DNA from: Treponema sp.
Lineage (GTDB): Bacteria > Spirochaetota > Spirochaetia > Treponematales > Treponemataceae
Length of the DNA: 64,000 nt
Assembly: GCA_017450535.1 (NCBI GenBank)
Contig: JAFSTK010000022.1
Span: 2,540-66,539 of the forward strand
Reading direction: 5' to 3'
Shown here piece after piece: positions 1 to 8,901 of this stretch. The translations under genes were made by a program, and so were the position numbers. Under the pieces are notes generated by a model. The model ran no database searches. It was not told the origin of the DNA and saw only the letters and a list, made by a program, of their open reading frames with translations. Every line of letters starts with the position of its first letter. Position 1 is the stretch's first letter.

Positions 1-376
1 CTTTCGGCGCAAGTTTATCAACGCTGGCGTGATTTTGTTTAACCTTGCGGAATGTAGGAAGACGGGGCTTTTTAGGAAGAGCCGCGAGCAGATTAAAAAC
101 CGCAAGCTTCTATTTGCGGACGAAAGCGCAATTATTCTGAGCACCACGAGTCAGAAGATTTTGAGCCAGCGTTTTAACGACCAGAAATTTTTGTACAAAA
201 ATACCGTCATCCGCCACTTTTCAAAACGTCTGTTCTGGCTTCCATTCCCGCACACCGCGAACATCAAGCAGTGGAAAATTACTCAGATTCACAAAATATT
301 CGGCTATGAGTGCTTTGATGACATTTTGTATGAGTACGTGTATTTAAGAGAAAAATTTGCGCGTGATGTGAGGTAA
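1..376 (+). CDS. Glycosyltransferase family 8 protein, 3' part (5' end outside window)
   Basis: Frame is open from the window start and reads FRRKFINAGVILFNL (GT8-type NaGVllfN motif), then a DE/Q-x-ALN-like segment, RFNDQ and IRHF. Confidence 0.7.
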   Translation, partial: FRRKFINAGVILFNLAECRKTGLFRKSREQIKNRKLLFADESAIILSTTSQKILSQRFNDQKFLYKNTVIRHFSKRLFWLPFPHTANIKQWKITQIHKIFGYECFDDILYEYVYLREKFARDVR

Positions 377-544
377 TTCAATAGGATGGACACAGATGAA
401 CACGGATGTTCGTAATTCAATAGGATAAACGCAGATGGACGCGGATGGACACGGATGTTTTTTGCTTTTTTCCTTCTATACTTATCCTAATGTATCCTTC
501 TAATCCTGTGCATCCTGTTGAATCGCGGATTTATCCTGTTGAAT
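373..544. repeat. Imperfect inverted/tandem repeat cluster between convergent genes
   Basis: ATTCAATAGGAT at 376 and 415 (+); ATCCTGTTGAAT (reverse complement of ATTCAACAGGAT) at 512 and 533; ~10-bp units such as GGACACAGAT, GAACACGGAT, GGACGCGGAT. Confidence 0.75.
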
Positions 545-1447
545 CGAGGTGTTAGCCTCCGCGGGGGCGAGTTTTGTGCTGAAATAGGCCATGGCGGCGC
601 CGATGATTACGCACAGGGCGCATACGATTGCCATTCCAATGCCGGTAATTGCGCTGAAGCCGGGGAACAAGTTGAAAGCCGAGCCACAGAGCAGGCCGAA
701 AATCACCGCATACGTGTGGTTGGGCACTTTTTTCAGAAGATATTTTACCAGTTGCGCGCCAGAGAGCAGTCCAATCAGAACACCTGCGCCATTGGGCAAA
801 AGCAGAATGAGTGCGTGGAACGTCTGGCTTGGCAAAAAGAGCGCGGGAATGCTTTTCATCACAATCGGGTACACGCCCAAAATCAGCATGAGCAGTGAGC
901 CTGAGATTCCCGGCACAATCATTGCCACCGCGCCAACGAGTCCAGCAAAGAAAATGCGCGCGGCAAGTTTTACCGTCCATTCAGGAAGGTCTGCGGTCAT
1001 GCCGGCTGTTTTGTCGCCGCCACCGTATTTTACTTCAAGATAGGAGAATGTGAGCAAAAGAGCGAGACCGACGAGCGCGCAGAGTACGACAGAAATTGTT
1101 TTGCCGGCTCCCATTTTTTCATCGTCTTTCGTTTTTGTCATGGCGGCAAAAAGCATGGGGATGCTGCCCAAAATCAAGCCGGTAAAGAAAAAATTGGTTT
1201 GAACGGGAAAATTTGTGTACAGCACGGTAATCAGTTTGCTGAAAATCAGTACGCCGCTTGCCATGCCAGTGAGAAGTGGCACCACAAAACGCCAGTTTTC
1301 CTTTAATTTTTTGAGATTCAGCGTAATGGCATTTACAAATTTGTCGTAAATGTTAAAAACGACCGCCAAAGTGCCGCCCGAAACTCCGGGAATTACATTT
1401 GCCATGCCGATAACAATTCCGATGAGCAGTAACCTGATAAAATTCAT
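500..1447 (-). CDS. DUF368 family membrane protein (PopT-like undecaprenyl-phosphate translocase)
   Basis: Two repeats GMANVIPGVSGGT and AMIVPGISGS; multi-TM; start set at MNFIRL (1447) with GGAG RBS. Confidence 0.85.
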   Translation of the reverse strand: MNFIRLLLIGIVIGMANVIPGVSGGTLAVVFNIYDKFVNAITLNLKKLKENWRFVVPLLTGMASGVLIFSKLITVLYTNFPVQTNFFFTGLILGSIPMLFAAMTKTKDDEKMGAGKTISVVLCALVGLALLLTFSYLEVKYGGGDKTAGMTADLPEWTVKLAARIFFAGLVGAVAMIVPGISGSLLMLILGVYPIVMKSIPALFLPSQTFHALILLLPNGAGVLIGLLSGAQLVKYLLKKVPNHTYAVIFGLLCGSAFNLFPGFSAITGIGMAIVCALCVIIGAAMAYFSTKLAPAEANTSIQQDKSAIQQDAQD

Positions 1448-1558
1448 AAAAATCTCCGTACAATAATAGTTTTTGCGTGACAAAGGCTAAAAAAGTTCAT
1501 TTTCTTTTTCGCGATTTCTGCCGATAATTATACTATAATCATATCAAAGGTATGTGTC

Positions 1559-3475
1559 ATGCTCAATATAAAGAAATATTTGGGATTTGAAAAATATTCT
1601 CGGATAGAAAAAAAATACATGGATCGCTCAAATGCTATTTCCGGTATTTTTATCTCCATATTCACAATCTTGCTGGAAGTCTGGATGATAGCCAAAGTGG
1701 TGCACAATATCTTCTTTGGCGGAAAAGTTCGCACGGTTGAGTGGATAATCAATCATCTGTCTTCATATATCGTCCTGCTTATTTCGGCAATTATCATGCT
1801 CATATATTCAATTTGTTGTCTGCGAGGAAAACGGATTTCTTCCGCACTTGGACGAATTGTTCGGTATGGCTTTTCTTTGATATGTCTGGCGTTTGGTATT
1901 TATATCGGTTACTTGGATTATGCGAAAGGAAATCAGGCATTTGCGTTCAATACGATGATGGTATTCGTGTTTGGATTTCTTGCGTGGCGACCTTATTCTG
2001 CTTTGATTATGGTGACCGCTTCGTTCCTTGTCTTTTTATACTATTGTAATACCGTTAAGCCCATTGACGAAGGATTCAAAATCAACTCATTTACGCTGTG
2101 GCTCGCACTTTTGATGACAAGTATAAATCTCTATGTGCAGAAAATGATGGGCATTCAAAAAGACGAGAGTTTGGAGCATATCAACGCGTATCTTAAAGAA
2201 AAAACAATGCGCGATGATTTGACAGGCATTCCTAATATGCATTATTTCCGCAATAAGACGCTCACTGCGCTGATGGGGCCTCCAGAAGAACTTGCCAAAT
2301 TGGTTTTCCTTTTCCTTGACATTGAAAATTTCAAAAGCTACAACGCGCGCTATGGTTTTGCCATGGGAAATGAGCTGCTCAAAAAAGTGGCTGAGGCGAT
2401 TCGCACGGTGTTTGAATTTGCGTTGATTGCGCGTTTTTCTGACGACCACTTTGTTATTCTGACGGAGCGCAATGGTATTGAGTCACGTTTGGACGATGTA
2501 CGAAAAATCATGTGTGACGGCGAGGTTGAGGTGCAGTTGGGACTAAAAGTGGGTGCCTATACGCCTCCGAATGGTGATGTCCCGCCCAGCATTGCATGTG
2601 ACAGAGCGCGTTTTGCCTGTAACAGCATCAAAAAGAAGTATGGAAAATATTTCTGCGAGTACACGGAAGAGATGGACAAAGCGTTTTACCGCAGACAATA
2701 TGTCATCAATAATGTGGACAAGGCGGTAAAAGAAGGTTGGATAAAGGTATTTTATCAGCCTGTCGTTTATGCGGAAGACAAACGGCTTTGCGGCGTAGAA
2801 GCTCTTGCTCGTTGGGATGACCCGGAATATGGACTGATTCCGCCCTCTGATTTTGTTCCCGTGCTGGAAGAATATCGTCAGATTCACAAACTGGATTTGT
2901 GCATTCTCAAAAATGTGTGTAATGATATTTCAAAGGCTCAGCGCGCAGGCGACTATTTTGTGCCGGTCTCCATCAATTTTTCCCGCCTCGACTTTGAGCT
3001 TGTTGATGTGCTTGCGATGGTGGAAGATTGTCTGCATGAATACAGTGTGTCAAAGTCTCAGATTCATGTGGAGATTACCGAGAGCGCGCTGAACGAAAAT
3101 GATGTGCAGCTGGTAAATGCGATTGAGTCATTCCGAAAGCACGGCTATGCGCTCTGGCTGGACGATTTTGGTTCCGGCTATTCAGGATTGAATGTTCTGA
3201 AAGATTTCCAGTTTGACATGATGAAGATTGACATGCAGTTCTTGCGCAATTTCTCCGGCAACGATAAAATCCGCCCGATTCTCAAGAGCATTGTGAATCT
3301 TGCAAAAGACATTAGTATGCATACGCTTACGGAAGGCGTGGAGACCGAAGAGGCATTTGAATATCTGCGGTCAATCGGTTGTGAAAGAATGCAGGGCTAC
3401 CTGTTCGGAAAACCCATGCCGAAAGAAGAACTGCTGGAAAAAATCCATTCTGGAATATACACCGTTTATCGGTAA
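1559..3475 (+). CDS. Membrane-anchored GGDEF(degenerate)-EAL c-di-GMP phosphodiesterase
   Basis: ~6 TM N-terminus; DDLTGIPN; SDDHF replaces GGDEF; EALARW, DDFGSGYS and EGVET are intact. Confidence 0.9.
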   Translation: MLNIKKYLGFEKYSRIEKKYMDRSNAISGIFISIFTILLEVWMIAKVVHNIFFGGKVRTVEWIINHLSSYIVLLISAIIMLIYSICCLRGKRISSALGRIVRYGFSLICLAFGIYIGYLDYAKGNQAFAFNTMMVFVFGFLAWRPYSALIMVTASFLVFLYYCNTVKPIDEGFKINSFTLWLALLMTSINLYVQKMMGIQKDESLEHINAYLKEKTMRDDLTGIPNMHYFRNKTLTALMGPPEELAKLVFLFLDIENFKSYNARYGFAMGNELLKKVAEAIRTVFEFALIARFSDDHFVILTERNGIESRLDDVRKIMCDGEVEVQLGLKVGAYTPPNGDVPPSIACDRARFACNSIKKKYGKYFCEYTEEMDKAFYRRQYVINNVDKAVKEGWIKVFYQPVVYAEDKRLCGVEALARWDDPEYGLIPPSDFVPVLEEYRQIHKLDLCILKNVCNDISKAQRAGDYFVPVSINFSRLDFELVDVLAMVEDCLHEYSVSKSQIHVEITESALNENDVQLVNAIESFRKHGYALWLDDFGSGYSGLNVLKDFQFDMMKIDMQFLRNFSGNDKIRPILKSIVNLAKDISMHTLTEGVETEEAFEYLRSIGCERMQGYLFGKPMPKEELLEKIHSGIYTVYR

Positions 3476-3921
3476 ATGACCTTAAAGACTTCAAAGACAA
3501 CTTTTGTGCTGTCATTGAAGTCAAAACCGCACAATTCTGCCTCGTCGCCCATATATTCCCGCTGTTTTTGTCGCCAAGACTCAAGGTTTTCATCTTCGCC
3601 TTCACACTCAGCCATTTCCCAGCTTACATCGCCAAACGGTATTACATTCACGTCAGTCACTTCGATAATGCAGCGGGGCTTTCCGTTTCCATCTTCCACA
3701 ATGTACACTTCGCCGGCGACTGGCAGCGGCTCCCTGTTGATTTCATAAGCGGGGAATGCGGAAAAGACGGCTGTTTTTTGTCCGCCTAAAATCAGTGCGA
3801 GCTGGTTCAGCCCTGTAAAACCGTTGTCTTCAAACATCAGTTCGCCGGAAAAAGCAGCTTCATCTTTTTTTTGATTTGTTGACGCAAGATATGCTTCCCA
3901 ATATTGTTCTGCCTGTGTCAT
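3466..3921 (-). CDS. ASCH domain protein
   Basis: LILGGQKTA motif, EGEDENLESWR, VVFEVFKVIY. Confidence 0.85.
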   Translation of the reverse strand: MTQAEQYWEAYLASTNQKKDEAAFSGELMFEDNGFTGLNQLALILGGQKTAVFSAFPAYEINREPLPVAGEVYIVEDGNGKPRCIIEVTDVNVIPFGDVSWEMAECEGEDENLESWRQKQREYMGDEAELCGFDFNDSTKVVFEVFKVIYR

Positions 3922-4211
3922 CGAGTTCTCCTGAGCATGAGAATGAATGCAAGAATGAAAAAGAGTGTCGGAATTATTGCAAAAAGCAGAGTGCTCAGCG
4001 GAATGTCCGCAATCTGTATGCCGCCCGCAATGATGATGCCCATTTTGACCAATAGCTCAAACACCATGCCCGCATATCCTGTAATTGCGCCCGCCACAAG
4101 ACTCATCCATGCGGCATCCCGTGTCTTGCTCCACAGGGCGATTGCCAAAAATGCTGCGATACCGGAGAGAATTAGTTTTATAATGTACAGAATGATTTCG
4201 CTCTGTTCCAT
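3918..4211 (-). CDS. Small 3-TM hypothetical membrane protein
   Basis: Hydrophobic 97-aa ORF coupled to neighbours (ATGA overlap with the ASCH gene). Confidence 0.75.
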   Translation of the reverse strand: MEQSEIILYIIKLILSGIAAFLAIALWSKTRDAAWMSLVAGAITGYAGMVFELLVKMGIIIAGGIQIADIPLSTLLFAIIPTLFFILAFILMLRRTR

Positions 4212-4216
4212 TTTGT

Positions 4217-5014
4217 CTACTTCCAGGTGAACGGGTTGCGCTCAAGCTTTCTGAACACGCCCTTGTCTGCGCCAAAAGGAACGATGCTCGGCTGCTCATA
4301 CACGGGGCTGATGACGATTTCCTGCTCCAGACAATGTTGCACAAAAAGCGCGTACACTTCCTGCGGCATTTTTGGGTACAAGTAGGGGCCTTTTCTCGTC
4401 CAGTATTTTGTGAGCACCGTGTCGTAAATGAACCAGTCTTTTTCCTCACGCTCTTGCAACGCCGCAATCAAATTGTAAATGGAGCGAGTAATTGCCGCGC
4501 ACAAAGGAGCTGCAATTGGCGCGCTTTCTGCTGGGACTGTGGTGCCTGTCTTGACCGCAAGAATCCAATATGCGGGAGTCCATGCAAGCGGCGGCTCAAT
4601 AATCACTGCGCTCACGTCGCTCCAGTTTGCGCTTTCTGCCCACGGTTTGTACAGCGATGTGGACTCAGGAGCCGTTTCCAATGCAGTTTTGAGCGCGGTT
4701 TGTTTGCTTGTAAATAGATAAATATCGCGCTCGCTTGCCAAAAGTTCTGAGACGGCGCGGCTCAACTGGCTTTTTCCGCCTTCTGCGCGTGGTGTAAAAT
4801 CAGTGTCGAAGCTTCCCGTGATACCTCGGCCCAACACATTTTTGAGCATGGTGAACGCTGAGCTGCCACCCCAGCCAAGGATTGCGCGTCCGCTTTCCAA
4901 AAACATATCGGTAAGGCGCACTCCTTTTGCCGTGTATAAAAAACAATTTCGGGCGCGCTTTATTGTGCCGTAGCGGGAAGTGATTTCTGCCGCAAGGTGT
5001 TGTACTTGATTCAT
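4217..5014 (-). CDS. Hypothetical protein with class-III aminotransferase-like N-terminus
   Basis: IKRARNCFLYTAKGVRLTDMFLESGRAILGW resembles the class-III AT N-terminal motif; AVIIEP is also present; only 265 aa. Confidence 0.65.
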   Translation of the reverse strand: MNQVQHLAAEITSRYGTIKRARNCFLYTAKGVRLTDMFLESGRAILGWGGSSAFTMLKNVLGRGITGSFDTDFTPRAEGGKSQLSRAVSELLASERDIYLFTSKQTALKTALETAPESTSLYKPWAESANWSDVSAVIIEPPLAWTPAYWILAVKTGTTVPAESAPIAAPLCAAITRSIYNLIAALQEREEKDWFIYDTVLTKYWTRKGPYLYPKMPQEVYALFVQHCLEQEIVISPVYEQPSIVPFGADKGVFRKLERNPFTWK

Positions 5015-5165
5015 CGTGAAAAGATTATAGCATTTTGCTCGCGCTTGTGCTATGTATGAGGCATTTTTTCTTTACAAGTGAAAATGGTAATGGTATAGTT
5101 TAAATAGTTCTGCGTATGCGGAATTATTTAATGGTCGTATTGTACGACAAAAAAGGATTTATGCT

Positions 5166-5624
5166 ATGGCAAAACAAGTAAGGACGATAGGCATTTCTAT
5201 CATGCAGCTGGCACTTTCAGTGTATCTCATCATTACAAGCATCTGTTTGATTTTCCCGAATCTGGGCAGATCAATTTCTTCTGCGGAAATTGAAGCGTTC
5301 CTCGGATTCGCAAAGAACACGGATATTATCAGAGTGCTGGCAATCGTCGTCGGCGTATTATTGCTTTTGGGTGGAGTCATGCTCTTTATCAAGGCACTCA
5401 CCGCTGCATTCAACAGAAACAACAAAGGTGTTGATTTTGGCAAACTTGACAATATTATTCGCCGCGTTATTATAGTGCTGTGGATTATCGTTACAGTTGT
5501 TGCATTGTGCTACTATTCAAAGACTGACTTTAAAAGGGGTGTTCTGATGCTGCACTGGATTTTGGCTTTGGCAAAGAACGCTCTGATAATCGGCGGACTT
5601 TTGATTATCAAAGACGGCGAATAA
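5166..5624 (+). CDS. Hypothetical 4-TM membrane protein
   Basis: 152-aa ORF, AAGGA RBS, followed by a terminator. Confidence 0.75.
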   Translation: MAKQVRTIGISIMQLALSVYLIITSICLIFPNLGRSISSAEIEAFLGFAKNTDIIRVLAIVVGVLLLLGGVMLFIKALTAAFNRNNKGVDFGKLDNIIRRVIIVLWIIVTVVALCYYSKTDFKRGVLMLHWILALAKNALIIGGLLIIKDGE

Positions 5625-5644
5625 TTCGCATTGAGCGTGGAATA

Positions 5645-5677
5645 GAAAAGACTGTCCAAAAAGGGCAGTCTTTTTTT
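5645..5677 (+). terminator. Rho-independent terminator (possibly bidirectional)
   Basis: AAAAGACTGTCC-AAAA-GGGCAGTCTTTTTTTT hairpin with U-tract. Confidence 0.75.
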
Positions 5678-5848
5678 GTCCATTTGCCCATGCGCATAAG
5701 CGCAAATGTCAATAGTTTCTACTTACGCTCATGGCCACGAAGTGGTCCATACACACCTGCGCGCAAGCGCAAACGTCAATAATTTCCTTAGTGTGCATGG
5801 ACCAAAAGAGATGGCTGCCCATTCGGACAGCCATCTCTTTTGGTCCAT
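5677..5848. repeat. tRNA-3'-end-related repeats and hairpin downstream of tRNA-Arg
   Basis: Two ~62-bp units sharing TGCGC..AAGCGCAAA.GTCAATA.TTTC, bounded by GTCCAT/ATGG(A)CCA; long hairpin ATGGACCAAAAGAGATGGCTG...CAGCCATCTCTTTTGGTCCAT. Confidence 0.7.
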
Positions 5849-5914
5849 ATGCGATTCGAACGCACTACCTGCCGCTTAGGAGGCGGCCGCTCTATCCAAG
5901 TGAGCTAATGGGCC
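5841..5914 (-). tRNA. tRNA-Arg(CCT)
   Basis: GGCCCATTAGCTCACTTGGATAGAGCGGCCGC-CTCCTAA-GCGGCAGGTAGTGCGTTCGAATCGCATATGGACCA; cloverleaf with anticodon CCT; one C-A mismatch in the acceptor stem. Confidence 0.93.
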
Positions 5915-5974
5915 AGATAATTCAGTATAACAGAAAAACCCGCCTTGTGACAATAAAAACCGCTGACCGGCGCA

Positions 5975-7984
5975 TTATTTTCCTTTACCTTTACCATACG
6001 TGTTTTCAATCTCAATAATTTGGTCTCGAATTGCGGCTGCCTGTTCGTATTCAAGACGGTCGGCGCATTCGCTCATCTCTTTTTTGAGCATGTCTATCAG
6101 TTTCTTGCGCTGTTTTGCGTCAAAGAGGTTCGCGGACTTTTTCATGATGTCCAGCTGGACGGCTTCGTTTTCTTCCGCATCTTTTTGCTGGCGGATAAGA
6201 ATGTCTTGTACCGCCTTGCTTACGGTGTGCGGTGTGATGCCGTGCTCCTCATTGTATTTTTGCTGAATCTCACGGCGGCGGCGGGTCTCTCCCACGGCTT
6301 CCTTAATCGCGTCGCTCATGTTATCCGCATACATCACAACCATGCCGTTTTCGTTTCGTGCCGCTCGTCCGATAATCTGAATCAAACTGGTCGCACTTCG
6401 CAAAAAGCCGATTTTGTCCGCGTCAAGAATTGCGATAAAACTCACTTCGGGAAGGTCTATGCCCTCGCGCAAAAGGTTAATGCCAATCAGCACGTCAATT
6501 TCGCCGGTTCGGAGCGACTTTAAGATTTCCACGCGCTCAAAGGTGTCGATTTCCGAGTGAATATATTTGACTTTGAGATGCAGCCCTAAAAGATAGTCGG
6601 TCAAATCTTCCGCCATTTTTTTGGTGAGCGTTAGAATTAGGCTGCGCTCTCCTTTTTCAATGCGCGCTTTCACTTCCTTGTAGATGTCTTCCATCTGTCC
6701 TTCGCTGGGGCGCACATCAATAATCGGGTCGAGCAGACCAGTCGGGCGGATAATCTGCTCCACAACTTGCGTGCTCTGTTTGATTTCTTGCGGGCGCGGA
6801 GTTGCGGTCACGTAAATTACCTGATTCATCTTTGCGGTGAACTCGTCAATTTTGAGCGGGCGGTTATCCAAAGCGGAAGGCAGACGGAATCCAAAGTCAA
6901 CAAGATTCTGCTTTCGGCTCCGGTCGCCCTCGTACATTGCGCCAATCTGTGGCACGGTTACATGCGCCTCGTCAATCATGCAGAGAAAATCATCGGGGAA
7001 GTAGTGTAAAAGTGTCGCGGGCGGCTCACCGGGCTTTCGTCCTGCAATCGGCGCAGAATAATTTTCGATGCCGGAGCAATAGCCCATCTCTTTCATCATC
7101 TCAATGTCGTAGGTGACGCGCGTTTTGAGGCGTTCGGCTTCAAGCATTTTTCCGGCAGAAAGCAGATTTTCCACGCGCTCTTCCATTTCGTTCTGAATGC
7201 GCTCGGTCGCTATCGTCAGCTGGTCTTGTGGCACGACAAAGTTCTTCGCCGGGTAAATCACTGTCTCGTCCAGCTCTTCGGTTGTTTTTCCTGACACGGC
7301 ATTAAATCGGCGGATGCGGAACACTTCGTCAAAATCGAGCTCAATGCGGTAGGCTTCGTCAAACTCCATGTACGGCGGATAAATTTCGATGATGTCACCA
7401 CGGATGCGGAATGTGCCACGTTCAAGCACCATATCGTTCCGCGTGTATTGAATTTGCGCAAGTTCCAGCGCGAGTTTATGTGTGTCCACCGTCTCACCTT
7501 TTTCGATGTGGACGCGCATACTCTTGTACAGTTCCGGCATACCCAGACCATAGATGCAGCTCACCGTAGCAATGACAATTACATCACGGCGTTCCATCAG
7601 ACTGTAGGTGGCAGCCATTTTCATCTGGTCAATTTCTTTGTTGATTGCCGCATCTTTTTCTATGTACAAATCGCGCGCAGGCACATAGGCTTCCGGCTGA
7701 TAGTAGTCGTAATAGGAGACAAAATATTCTACGGCGTTGTTCGGAAAAAAGTCCTTGAACTCACGGTAAAGCTGCGCTGAGAGCGTCTTGTTGTGGCTGA
7801 TAATCAGTGTGGGGCGTTGCACGGCTTCGATGATTTTTGCCATCGTGTAGGTTTTTCCTGAGCCAGTTACGCCTTTTAGGGTCTGGTAGCGGTCACCACG
7901 CAGAAAACCTTCCGCAAGTTTCTGAATTGCCTGAGGCTGGTCACCAGAAGGCTCATAAGGACTGACAACTTTAAATTTACGCAT
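5975..7984 (-). CDS. uvrB: Excinuclease ABC subunit B
   Basis: GDQPQAI, GVTGSGKT, YYDYYQPEAY, DEAH, IGRAARN, C-terminal UVR motif; start set at MRKFKVV. Confidence 0.98.
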   Translation of the reverse strand: MRKFKVVSPYEPSGDQPQAIQKLAEGFLRGDRYQTLKGVTGSGKTYTMAKIIEAVQRPTLIISHNKTLSAQLYREFKDFFPNNAVEYFVSYYDYYQPEAYVPARDLYIEKDAAINKEIDQMKMAATYSLMERRDVIVIATVSCIYGLGMPELYKSMRVHIEKGETVDTHKLALELAQIQYTRNDMVLERGTFRIRGDIIEIYPPYMEFDEAYRIELDFDEVFRIRRFNAVSGKTTEELDETVIYPAKNFVVPQDQLTIATERIQNEMEERVENLLSAGKMLEAERLKTRVTYDIEMMKEMGYCSGIENYSAPIAGRKPGEPPATLLHYFPDDFLCMIDEAHVTVPQIGAMYEGDRSRKQNLVDFGFRLPSALDNRPLKIDEFTAKMNQVIYVTATPRPQEIKQSTQVVEQIIRPTGLLDPIIDVRPSEGQMEDIYKEVKARIEKGERSLILTLTKKMAEDLTDYLLGLHLKVKYIHSEIDTFERVEILKSLRTGEIDVLIGINLLREGIDLPEVSFIAILDADKIGFLRSATSLIQIIGRAARNENGMVVMYADNMSDAIKEAVGETRRRREIQQKYNEEHGITPHTVSKAVQDILIRQQKDAEENEAVQLDIMKKSANLFDAKQRKKLIDMLKKEMSECADRLEYEQAAAIRDQIIEIENTYGKGKGK

Positions 7985-8029
7985 ACAACTAGTATAGGAT
8001 AAATTTAAAACCTGTGCTATACTATTAGT
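7985..8029. promoter_or_regulatory. Back-to-back leaderless promoters for uvrB and the MBL hydrolase
   Basis: TATACT lies 6 nt before each ATG on both strands; the + copy has a TGn extension; no SD sequence. Confidence 0.6.
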
Positions 8030-8890
8030 ATGATTATCCAACTGCTGAGAGGAAAATTACAACTGACGAACGCAGGAGAACTCTCTTGTTTCTTTATTGG
8101 AACAGGAAGTGCGTTCAGCAGAGTCAATTTTCAGAACAATCTGCTTGTCATTAAAGGACAAGACCATGTTTTAATTGACTGTGGCACGTCGTGTCCGTAT
8201 GCACTTTCTACTTATGGTGCAAATGTCGGTGAGATTCGGAATGTGCTGGTCACCCATTCTCATGCAGACCACATCGGCGGTTTGGAGGAGATGGCGTTTG
8301 TCGGCATGTACAGTACGCATAGAAAGCCGCGCATGATTATCACCGATGAATACAAAAAAATCCTCTGGGATGCAAGTCTTCGCGGTGGTTGTGAGCGGAG
8401 CGACCATAAGCCCGACGGCATGATGACGTTTGACGACTATTTTGAGCAGGTTGCGCCCGAACTTCTTTCCACGACACCCCGTCCGTTCTATCACACTAAA
8501 GTTGGAGCCATCGACTTGAAGATTTTCCGCACGGTGCATATTTCTGATGCATCGTCAGCACCGACACATACTATTGACTGGAACCATATTTTTTATTCCG
8601 TGGGCGTGCTGATTGATGATCGCATTTTGTTTACGGCGGACACCCGTTTTGACAAACCGCTTTTGGACTGGCTTTTAAAAGATTTCCCTGGTATCGAATG
8701 GATTTTCCACGACTGTCAGTTTTATGAGAGTGGCGTTCATGCGACTTATGAACAGTTAAAGACATTGGATGCCACAACGAAAGAAAAAATGTACCTGTGT
8801 CATTACGGAGACAGTTTTGAATCCTACACACCTAAAAAAGAAGGTTTTGCAGGATTCGCACAGAGAGGCGTGTATTACAATTTTGGCTGA
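8030..8890 (+). CDS. MBL-fold metallo-hydrolase (RNase Z / phosphodiesterase-like)
   Basis: GTGSAF, LIDCG, THSHADHIGG, FTADT, HDC, HATY, LCHY. Confidence 0.9.
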   Translation: MIIQLLRGKLQLTNAGELSCFFIGTGSAFSRVNFQNNLLVIKGQDHVLIDCGTSCPYALSTYGANVGEIRNVLVTHSHADHIGGLEEMAFVGMYSTHRKPRMIITDEYKKILWDASLRGGCERSDHKPDGMMTFDDYFEQVAPELLSTTPRPFYHTKVGAIDLKIFRTVHISDASSAPTHTIDWNHIFYSVGVLIDDRILFTADTRFDKPLLDWLLKDFPGIEWIFHDCQFYESGVHATYEQLKTLDATTKEKMYLCHYGDSFESYTPKKEGFAGFAQRGVYYNFG

Positions 8891-8901
8891 CCGAGTTTGC
8901 C

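Noticed and set aside
373-460. Possible CRISPR array
   Set aside because: Units are 10-15 bp, degenerate, without unique spacers; no cas genes
5677-5848. Possible mini-CRISPR or second tRNA
   Set aside because: Only two degenerate units, no cloverleaf and no spacers
5731-6018. 95-aa + strand ORF
   Set aside because: Antisense to tRNA-Arg and the repeats; no coding features
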